The notes beneath the pieces were generated by a model. That model was given only the letters and a program-made list of their open reading frames with translations, was not told the origin of the DNA and made no database searches. From Candidatus Auribacterota bacterium (lineage in GTDB: Bacteria; Auribacterota; UBA6266): a stretch of DNA of 9,651 bases. The stretch is taken from assembly GCA_023136205.1 (NCBI GenBank), contig JAGLRQ010000147.1, forward strand, positions 1 through 9,651. Reading direction: 5' to 3'. The position numbers and the translations under genes were made by a program. Shown one piece after another: positions 1-6,091 of the stretch (position 1 is its first letter; every line of letters starts with the position of its first letter).

Positions 1-848
1 ATAAAATACGGCATACCTTTGGAAGGGTCCATCTGCCGGTAGCGCCGAGGTGTAACATCCAGTGTAATTACTGCAACAGGAAGTATGATTGTGTTAACGA
101 AAGCCGGCCGGGAGTAACAAGCAGCATACTGACTCCATCCCAGGCTCTTTATTATCTTGAGCATATCATGAAGAAAATCCCCAATATTTCCGTTGTGGGA
201 ATTGCCGGCCCTGGAGATCCATTTGCTAATGCTAGAAAAACGATGGAAACCCTGACGCTGGTCAGACAGAAATATCCGGAGATAATTTTGTGTCTGGCTA
301 CAAACGGGCTCAACATTGTCCCTTATATAGAAGGGCTCGTGGAGCTTAATGTAAGCCATGTAACTATTACCATAAATGCCCTCGACGCCGCAATAGGAGC
401 CAGGATTTATTCCTGGGTACAATTTGGGAAAAGAGTATACAACCCCAATGAAGGATTTGAAATATTGCTGGATAATCAACTTAAAGCGGTCAGGTCTCTT
501 AAGGAAAAAGGCATCACCGTAAAGGTTAATACTATAATAATTCCCGGCATAAACGATTGTCATATCGAAGCCGTCGCGGGAAAAATGTCAGAGTTGGGTG
601 TAGATATCCACAATTGTATTGCTTACTATCAAAACAAAGGAACTGTTTTTGAGGACATTAAAGAACCGTCCGCGGAATTTGTTCAAAAGATTAAGAAGAA
701 AGCGGGGAAGTATCTTACTCAGATGCATCATTGTGTCAGGTGCAGGGCGGACGCGGTAGGTTTGTTGGGAGAGGATGACGCGGAATGTTTTAAAATTTTA
801 AAGGAGTGCGGCAATGAAAAAACCCAAGTATCACATTTTTGTATGTAA
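1..848 (+). CDS. nifB: NifB-type radical SAM protein (nitrogenase cofactor core, NifB-co, biosynthesis). It is 5'-truncated by the window edge and has a stand-alone SAM domain with no NifX-like C-terminal domain.
   Basis: The frame is open from the window start (first full codon at 3) and upstream of the listed ATG at 168. It translates as KIRHTFGRVHLPVAPRCNIQCNYCNRKYDCVNESRPGVTSSILTPSQA..., followed by VVGIAGPGDPFAN, LCLATNG, VTITINA, VKVNTIIIPGIND and HHCVRCRADAVGLLGED. The CNIQCNYC radical SAM motif is at nt 51-74. These blocks, plus the extra Cys in YDC, CLATNG and CVRCRAD, are hallmarks of the NifB family. The stop at 848 comes shortly after the RADAVGLLGED block, leaving no room for a NifX domain. 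Confidence 0.88.
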   Translation, partial: KIRHTFGRVHLPVAPRCNIQCNYCNRKYDCVNESRPGVTSSILTPSQALYYLEHIMKKIPNISVVGIAGPGDPFANARKTMETLTLVRQKYPEIILCLATNGLNIVPYIEGLVELNVSHVTITINALDAAIGARIYSWVQFGKRVYNPNEGFEILLDNQLKAVRSLKEKGITVKVNTIIIPGINDCHIEAVAGKMSELGVDIHNCIAYYQNKGTVFEDIKEPSAEFVQKIKKKAGKYLTQMHHCVRCRADAVGLLGEDDAECFKILKECGNEKTQVSHFCM

Positions 849-1116
849 TTCGTTCAGGCTTACGGGGGAACCTCAGGGTGTATGCAATAAGAAGGGGGCT
901 CCGGCTCTTCTACAGTATATTGAAGAGGAGATAATTGATAGAGGGATAGACGCGATGGTGTCCAGTACCGGGTGTCTCAAAATGTGTGAAAAAGGGCCGG
1001 TTATGATAATTTATCCGGATAATTATTGGTACGGTGAAGTAACCGAAGAGGCAGTTGACAAAATCCTTGATGCTCTTGAGGATGGCAGATCTGTGGAGGA
1101 TTACTTAATCGCGTGA
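814..1116 (+). CDS. Thioredoxin-like [2Fe-2S] ferredoxin (Clostridium pasteurianum 2Fe-Fd / Aquifex Fd4 type)
   Basis: The 100 aa product begins MKKPKYHIFVCNS. Its four Cys are spaced C11-x12-C24-x29-C54-x3-C58, close to the ligand spacing of thioredoxin-like 2Fe-2S ferredoxins. AGGAG lies at 801-805, 8 nt before the ATG. The gene overlaps the nifB 3' end by 35 nt. Confidence 0.85.
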   Translation: MKKPKYHIFVCNSFRLTGEPQGVCNKKGAPALLQYIEEEIIDRGIDAMVSSTGCLKMCEKGPVMIIYPDNYWYGEVTEEAVDKILDALEDGRSVEDYLIA

Positions 1117-1829
1117 AAGAACTTAAAAAACAGATAAATAAAATTATTCACAGCCGCGGGATAAAAAATGGAATTGTGCGGATAAAAACAAAAGTGCTAT
1201 CGGCTGAAGAGGCAATAGGAAATCCTGAACATAATGACTATCCGATTCAAAAAGGACGGGAAAGATTGATGCAGGCTGATTTTAACGGCGCTTATGGTGT
1301 AGCTTTTACGGATATGTTTGGTGATTATGAAGGCTCTCTTTATGAAATAGTAAATATGGAACTAAAAAATAATTTTAGGCGGGCAGTCTTCATTTCAACT
1401 ATTAACGCGGTTTTAAATTGTCTTGGTTTGATTGAAAAAACGAGTCATTGCAGGAACGAGGGGCTTGTTAACTGCCGGGAAAGAGTAGTCGAATTTATAA
1501 AAGATAACTTTGGAAATCCAAAGATATTTCAGGCAGGTTTTCAGCCCCGTTTTGTGGAGGCACTAAGCAGAGAATTCGAGCTTCGCGTAACCGATATAGA
1601 CAAAGATAATATTGGGGAAAAAATCAATGGAGTAACAATAGAATCTCCTGAAGATACAGAAAAAAATACAGAATGGTGTGATGTGATATTTGCGACCGGT
1701 TCAACTTTTGTTAATGAAACCTATAAGCAATTTATACTAGAAGATAAACCAACTGTATTTTATGGCGTAACCTGCGCTGGAGCAACGTATCTTTTAAATC
1801 TGAAAAGATACTGTCCCGAAGGGTTGTAA
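1113..1829 (+). CDS. DUF4213/DUF364-like Rossmann-fold protein (family annotated as putative heavy-metal chelation; function unknown)
   Basis: The 238 aa ORF has a GTG start forming a GTGA overlap with the ferredoxin stop, and GGAGGA lies about 11 nt upstream. By eye it matches family features: an N-terminal ADFNGAYGVAFT segment, then RRAVFISTINAVLN (family A-x-x-NA-l motif). The Rossmann half reads IFQAGFQPRFVEAL...LRVTDID and CDVIFATGSTFVNETY (family iTGsTlvNgT motif). The assignment comes from recalled motifs, not a profile search. Confidence 0.62.
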   Translation: MKELKKQINKIIHSRGIKNGIVRIKTKVLSAEEAIGNPEHNDYPIQKGRERLMQADFNGAYGVAFTDMFGDYEGSLYEIVNMELKNNFRRAVFISTINAVLNCLGLIEKTSHCRNEGLVNCRERVVEFIKDNFGNPKIFQAGFQPRFVEALSREFELRVTDIDKDNIGEKINGVTIESPEDTEKNTEWCDVIFATGSTFVNETYKQFILEDKPTVFYGVTCAGATYLLNLKRYCPEGL

Positions 1830-1852
1830 CTAATGAAATGCAGGCAGAAGTT

Positions 1853-2944
1853 ATGAAAATGAAGAAAATTATCTTGTGGGACAGAATTTCAAAATTATGC
1901 ACCACTGAAAATCGCACATTAAAGTTGTCCCGAAGTTTCGGGATTTTCTTGTTAACAATTTCAGGTATTACGCTTTCAGGAATATCGGGCTGCGGCGAGG
2001 GCCGGGAAACAGCCCAAAAGCCTATTCGAATAGCTGTGGAATATACCACTCATTCTGCCTGCGCGCATATAGCAAATCAAAAAGGGTGGTATAAAGAAGA
2101 GGGGCTGACCGTTACCAGTTATGAAAGTTATATAACCGGCATGGCTCTTGCCGCGGCGCTGTCAAAGGGGGATATTGATGCTGCCTATATCTGTTTAATC
2201 CCGGCTATAAATGCTAAGGCTAACGCTAACGTACCGATAAAGATAGCCGCCGGAGTTCATAAATACGGTTACGGTTTTGTTGTAAACCCTGGTGAGGTTA
2301 AAAGCATAGACGACCTGAAAAAGGAAGACGTTCGCATTGGATGCAGCCGTGAAGGCAGTCCCCTTGATTCTCTTTTGCATAAAATGCTCGAAAAATATCA
2401 CTTGGATAAAAAACAAATACTTAAAAAAGTCAGAAGGATGAGTCCGCCAAAATTGCTTCTTGCTCTTAAAATGGGGCAATTGGATGCGGCTTTTATCTGC
2501 GAACAATTTCCGAGTATGGCAGAAGAATTAGGGCTGAAGGTTTTTTTAACCGCGGAAGATCTCTGGCCTGATATGCAGGGTAGTGTTTTAGTTGTCAGGG
2601 AAGAACTTTTGAACGGACACCCTGAAATCGTAAAAAAGTTGGTAAAGGTTACTGAACGAGCGACGCAATTTATCAATGAAAATCCCGAGGAGGCCGCGGA
2701 GATTGTTGCCGGAGGGTTAGAAGTTGCCGAAAAAAAAATATTTCCTGTTAAAGTTATAGATACAGCTTCCAAACTTACAATTACACCTTCGGCGATATTA
2801 AGATCTTTAACTATGAGGTTAGTTAATACCATTGATATTAATCCACAAGAAATTCAGGAAGCGATAGATACTTGTGTTGAATTAGAATACATAAAAGAAT
2901 CATTTAAAGCGGAAGATTTTATTGATTTGAGGTTTCTCAAGTGA
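1853..2944 (+). CDS. ABC transporter substrate-binding lipoprotein, NMT1/SsuA/TauA-like (NitT/TauT family)
   Basis: The hydrophobic N-terminus ends in the lipobox ISGC (Cys codon 1991-1993). The mature domain has the general pattern of NMT1/SsuA-type periplasmic binding proteins (IRIAVEYTTHSACAHIA..KGWYKEEGL, GDIDAAY, GQLDAAF). The start is ambiguous: ATG at 1838, 1853 or 1859, none with a strong SD. Confidence 0.78.
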   Translation: MKMKKIILWDRISKLCTTENRTLKLSRSFGIFLLTISGITLSGISGCGEGRETAQKPIRIAVEYTTHSACAHIANQKGWYKEEGLTVTSYESYITGMALAAALSKGDIDAAYICLIPAINAKANANVPIKIAAGVHKYGYGFVVNPGEVKSIDDLKKEDVRIGCSREGSPLDSLLHKMLEKYHLDKKQILKKVRRMSPPKLLLALKMGQLDAAFICEQFPSMAEELGLKVFLTAEDLWPDMQGSVLVVREELLNGHPEIVKKLVKVTERATQFINENPEEAAEIVAGGLEVAEKKIFPVKVIDTASKLTITPSAILRSLTMRLVNTIDINPQEIQEAIDTCVELEYIKESFKAEDFIDLRFLK

Positions 2945-3708
2945 AAAAGATAAAAGCTGTTTATAGTTTAGTTCCTGTATTAGTTTTTCTGTTAATCTGG
3001 GAGATTGTTGTCCGGCTGGAACTTGTTCCGGGACATTTCTTTTTTCCTCCTTTTAGTGTCGTGATTCAGGAATTTTATCATTTAACAGCTAACGGAGTAT
3101 TAATAGATCATTTTTTGAGTAGTCTGCTCAGAGTTTTAATCGGCCTTTCTGCCGGTTCTATAGCCGGCATAGTAGTTGGAATTCTGATGGGTTATGAAGA
3201 AAAAATACATAAAGTGGCTCATCCCATATTCAGCTTATTTTATCCCATTCCCGCTCTTGGGTGGCTGCCAATTTTAATGCTCTGGTTTGGCATAGGTGAG
3301 ATACTCCCCATTATGATTGTATTTGTATGCTCATTTTTCCCTGTTCTTTATAATACGGTTACCGGTATTAAGGGTATAAATAAGAATTTTGTTAAAGCCG
3401 CGCGAAGCCTTGGGGCGTCCGAATGGAAGGTTCTAACGACAATAGTTATACCATTGGCTTTGCCCAATATATTTACGGGCCTGAGGCTGGAGGCAGGGAT
3501 GGCCTGGAGGGTAATAATTGCCGCTGAAATGGTTGCTATCCCGACGGGCATTGGAGCGCTTTTGATGAAAGCGGAAAGCCTGCTCCGGGTAGATATAATT
3601 ATAGTGTGTTTAATTGTTTTAGCGGTAATGTGTTTGACATTTGAGAGATTTTTTCTCTATATCGAACACAAACTGACTCATAAGTGGAGACAAAATGCCC
3701 AATATTAG
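2941..3708 (+). CDS. ABC transporter permease, NitT/TauT (SsuC/TauC-like) family
   Basis: The 255 aa product has multiple hydrophobic spans. Its EAA-loop region reads KAARSLGASEWKVLTTIVIPLALPNIFTGLRLEAGMAWRVIIAAEM. The G-x-AW...AE ending is typical of NitT/TauT permeases, unlike the F-x-R..GEFG ending of CysTW/ModB. The GTG start forms a GTGA overlap with the SBP stop, with GAGG about 8 nt upstream. Confidence 0.85.
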   Translation: MKKIKAVYSLVPVLVFLLIWEIVVRLELVPGHFFFPPFSVVIQEFYHLTANGVLIDHFLSSLLRVLIGLSAGSIAGIVVGILMGYEEKIHKVAHPIFSLFYPIPALGWLPILMLWFGIGEILPIMIVFVCSFFPVLYNTVTGIKGINKNFVKAARSLGASEWKVLTTIVIPLALPNIFTGLRLEAGMAWRVIIAAEMVAIPTGIGALLMKAESLLRVDIIIVCLIVLAVMCLTFERFFLYIEHKLTHKWRQNAQY

Positions 3709-4471
3709 ATTAAAAAATATCAACAATTTTATATGTCATGACATAGACCTGAATATACGGGATAAAGAGTTCCTGGTTCTTTGGGGGGCGACAGGGACGG
3801 GAAAGACTACATTGCTTAACATCATCGCGGGGCTTGTTGAATACGAGGGGTCGGTGTTGTTTGACGGTATCCCTGTAGATAAATTTCCTGTTTATAAGAG
3901 AAAAGTGGGTTATCTCTTTCAGAGTTTAGTTTTATTTCCTCATCTTAATGTCAGAACGAACATAGCCTATGGACTTCGTGTTCAGGGCAAGCCTGAGAGT
4001 GAGGTAGAACTAAGGGTAAATGAATTGTTGAAATTAATGGGAATAAAACATCTTGCCGGACGCTTTCCCAAAGATTTAAGCGGCGGGGAAAAACAGAGGG
4101 TTGCTCTGGCGCGGGCTACTGCTCCATCTTCTGAAATTATGCTCCTTGACGAGCCCCTAAACAGCCTGGATCTTCACACTGCCGGATATTTGAGAACGGA
4201 AATTCACAGGCTTCACAGGAAATTGTCCGTTACCACCGTATATGTTACGCATTGTTTTGAAGAGGCTTTTACATTGGCTGACAGGGTTGCCGTGTTAAAT
4301 AATGGCAGGATTGTTCGGATAGGTTGCCCTGAGGATATACTTAAAGAAATTAACTGCAGGGCGATAGCGGAAGATGGATTTTATGATTGTCGCCAGGGGA
4401 ACAAAAACAGCGCGGCTCAAATTAAATTAAAAGACGGTGGTGTCCTGTGCCATTTAGGGGGGGATAGGTGA
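3695..4471 (+). CDS. ABC transporter ATP-binding protein (single NBD, no TOBE or other C-terminal regulatory domain)
   Basis: Motifs present: Walker A GATGTGKTT (nt 3785-3811), Q-loop YLFQ, signature LSGGEKQRVALARA, Walker B IMLLDEP, D-loop SLD and H-switch YVTH. GGAG lies 6 nt before the ATG. The gene overlaps the permease 3' end by 14 nt. Confidence 0.9.
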   Translation: MPNIRLKNINNFICHDIDLNIRDKEFLVLWGATGTGKTTLLNIIAGLVEYEGSVLFDGIPVDKFPVYKRKVGYLFQSLVLFPHLNVRTNIAYGLRVQGKPESEVELRVNELLKLMGIKHLAGRFPKDLSGGEKQRVALARATAPSSEIMLLDEPLNSLDLHTAGYLRTEIHRLHRKLSVTTVYVTHCFEEAFTLADRVAVLNNGRIVRIGCPEDILKEINCRAIAEDGFYDCRQGNKNSAAQIKLKDGGVLCHLGGDR

Positions 4472-5355
4472 AAAAAACAATACTATCACAAACGCTGTGT
4501 TTAGCGAAGGAGAAAGTAAGGCACGAAATCAGATATATGACGGAAAAAGATTTGCCGGCTATCTTACAGATGGCATCTGAAGAGGAGTGGATATCTGATT
4601 TAGTTGAGTTTGAAACTTTTATTGAGATTAATCCCTTTGGCTGTTTTGTTTGTGTTAAAGATAATAAAGTTGTTGGCTCTATTATGACTTTCCATCATAC
4701 CGAAAGCGCGTGGATAGGTAATTTTATTGTTTCTAAAAAATATCGGGGGAGAGGCATCGGCAAAAAACTTTTATCGCAGGCAATTGAATACTTGGACAGA
4801 AAGAAAAAAAAGCAAATTTATTTAAATGCTGATTTTGACGCGGAAAACCTATATGAAAAATTTGGTTTCAAAAAGATTATGCCGGTAAATCGCTGGCAGG
4901 GAAAAACAGCGAAATCTATAAAGAATATAGAAGGCTTACAAGAATCTATTCCTGACGTTTTTGATTTTATTAAACTGGATGCTTCGTTGTGGAAGGATGA
5001 AAGGTTCTTTTTGATAACCCAGCTTTCATTTTTGCGTTATGCCTGTTCGCATTATGAGCCTTCTGGATTTTTGATGTATGGCGGGGTAGGCTGTGTCGGT
5101 ACTATTGGCCCCTGGGAATTAAAAAATGGAGATAAAAAGGTGGCTGAAAAATTGTTTATTTCCGGGCTGGCTAAATTGAAATCCCGGAATAAAATATTGT
5201 TAGATGTTCCGGCGGTAAATAAAGAGGCGGAGAGGATTTTGGCTAAGTACAACTTTAAGAATATTGGTTCTACGATGTTTATGTGCCGCGGCAAACTACC
5301 CAAGATTGACTTCGATGGAATTTTCAGCTTTGCTACGATGGGCTCGATGGGATGA
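4468..5355 (+). CDS. Two-domain GNAT family N-acetyltransferase (N-terminal GNAT plus a YitH-like C-terminal GNAT-related domain)
   Basis: The acetyl-CoA binding motif A is WIGNFIVSKKYRGRGIGKKLLSQAIEYL, followed by NLYEKFGF. The C-terminal half (FDFIKLDASLWKDERFFLITQL...) resembles the second domain of Bacillus YitH-type acetyltransferases. The GTG start forms a GTGA overlap with the ATPase stop and is preceded by a G-run. An internal ATG at 4534 is possible but has no well-spaced SD. Confidence 0.78.
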   Translation: MKKTILSQTLCLAKEKVRHEIRYMTEKDLPAILQMASEEEWISDLVEFETFIEINPFGCFVCVKDNKVVGSIMTFHHTESAWIGNFIVSKKYRGRGIGKKLLSQAIEYLDRKKKKQIYLNADFDAENLYEKFGFKKIMPVNRWQGKTAKSIKNIEGLQESIPDVFDFIKLDASLWKDERFFLITQLSFLRYACSHYEPSGFLMYGGVGCVGTIGPWELKNGDKKVAEKLFISGLAKLKSRNKILLDVPAVNKEAERILAKYNFKNIGSTMFMCRGKLPKIDFDGIFSFATMGSMG

Positions 5356-5385
5356 CGGAAGAGCGGGATGTATTATAGAATTTCC

Positions 5386-5415
5386 TTGACGAGCGATAAA
5401 ATATAGTGTAGTAAT
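5386..5415 (+). promoter_or_regulatory. Candidate sigma70-type promoter for the tetR-efflux operon
   Basis: TTGACG at 5386-5391 is 5/6 to the -35 consensus. It is followed by TGTAGTAAT at 5407-5415, which reads as an extended -10-like TGn plus AGTAAT (18 bp spacer) or as TAGTAA (17 bp spacer). Two TATAGT hexamers (5402-5407 and 5423-5428) lack matching -35 boxes. This is by-eye prediction only. Confidence 0.3.
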
Positions 5416-5429
5416 GTGTGTTTATAGTA

Positions 5430-5445
5430 GACGGACGCGTCAGTC
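5430..5445. promoter_or_regulatory. Candidate TetR-family operator (imperfect 16-bp palindrome)
   Basis: GACGGACGCGTCAGTC has 7 of 8 symmetric pairs around the perfect core GACGCGTC (5434-5441). It is a GC-rich island in an AT-rich leader. It sits just downstream of a TATAGT hexamer and 22 nt upstream of the tetR ATG, a typical place for autoregulatory TetR operators. Confidence 0.3.
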
Positions 5446-5466
5446 CATTCAAGAAGGAGACTGCAA

Positions 5467-6087
5467 ATGAAAATTACTGATAAAGCTAAGAAAAAAGAAC
5501 TTATCCAAACGAGACAAAAACAAATACTTGATGTTGCCTCTCGTGTTTTTTCTAAAAAGGGATTTGCCAGTACTCAGGTTGACGAGATAGCAGATTTAGC
5601 AGGTCTTGGGAAAGGTACAGTTTATCGGTATTTTAAAAATAAGAAGAACCTATTTCTCTCTGTTGTGGATAGAGGGATAGAGAGTTTAAAGGATTTGGCA
5701 TTGGAAGCGATGGCAAAAGAAAAAGAACCACTGGATAAAATCAAAAAGGTGATAGAAGTGTATTTAAAATTTTTCGAGAAGCAATCAGATCTAATTAGAA
5801 TTTTTATCCACGAACAAAGCGAATTTCAAAAGAGAATCCAAAAAAGATATTACCAGCATTATTATGAACACGTCAACAAGGTAGAGGAAATTTTCAAAGA
5901 AGCTCAATCCTTAGGGCTTATAAAGAAAAAGATAAAGCCTAGCCTGGCAATCGCGATTTTGACTGATATGCTCAATAGCTTTATCTATACTTGGCAGTTA
6001 ACAGGGAAGAAATATTCCTTATCAGAAAGTTTTACTGTAATTACCGAGATCTATTTTACAGGAATTTTAGAACAGAAAGGTAAGTAA
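5467..6087 (+). CDS. TetR/AcrR family transcriptional regulator
   Basis: The N-terminal HTH region reads ILDVASRVFSKKGFASTQVDEIADLAGLGKGTVYRYFKNKKNLF. The 206 aa length is typical for the family. AAGGAG lies 8 nt before the ATG, and the gene heads an efflux operon. Confidence 0.9.
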   Translation: MKITDKAKKKELIQTRQKQILDVASRVFSKKGFASTQVDEIADLAGLGKGTVYRYFKNKKNLFLSVVDRGIESLKDLALEAMAKEKEPLDKIKKVIEVYLKFFEKQSDLIRIFIHEQSEFQKRIQKRYYQHYYEHVNKVEEIFKEAQSLGLIKKKIKPSLAIAILTDMLNSFIYTWQLTGKKYSLSESFTVITEIYFTGILEQKGK

Positions 6088-6091
6088 AATA

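Noticed and set aside
814-848. The 35-nt nifB/ferredoxin overlap as a possible frameshift, sequencing error or broken NifB-ferredoxin fusion
   Set aside because: NifB already contains its complete C-terminal CxxCRADAVGLLGED block before the overlap. The ferredoxin has a canonical N-terminus (MKKPKYHIFVC) with a well-placed AGGAG. Both genes look intact, so a genuine overlap is the simpler reading.
2730-2738. A9 homopolymer in the SBP gene (also A8 at 4804-4811 and A7 at 4471-4477) as possible slipped-strand phase-variation tracts
   Set aside because: These are Lys/Glu codon runs expected in AT-rich coding DNA. All reading frames are intact and nothing suggests on/off switching.
1732-3551. 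Minus-strand ORFs 1732-2049, 2195-2506, 2398-2832 and 3348-3551
   Set aside because: All are antisense to well-supported DUF364, SBP and permease genes, show no motifs, and overlap one another. They are treated as frame shadows.
5356-5400. Rho-independent terminator after the GNAT gene
   Set aside because: I searched by eye for a GC-rich stem followed by a T-run. Only a 4-bp GGAA/TTCC complementarity is present, which is not a credible hairpin.
5368-5406. 12-codon mini-ORF (MYYRISLTSDKI) in the intergenic region as a possible leader peptide
   Set aside because: It has only a weak purine-rich stretch upstream, no associated attenuator hairpin, and it overlaps the predicted -35/-10 elements. 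It is most likely fortuitous.
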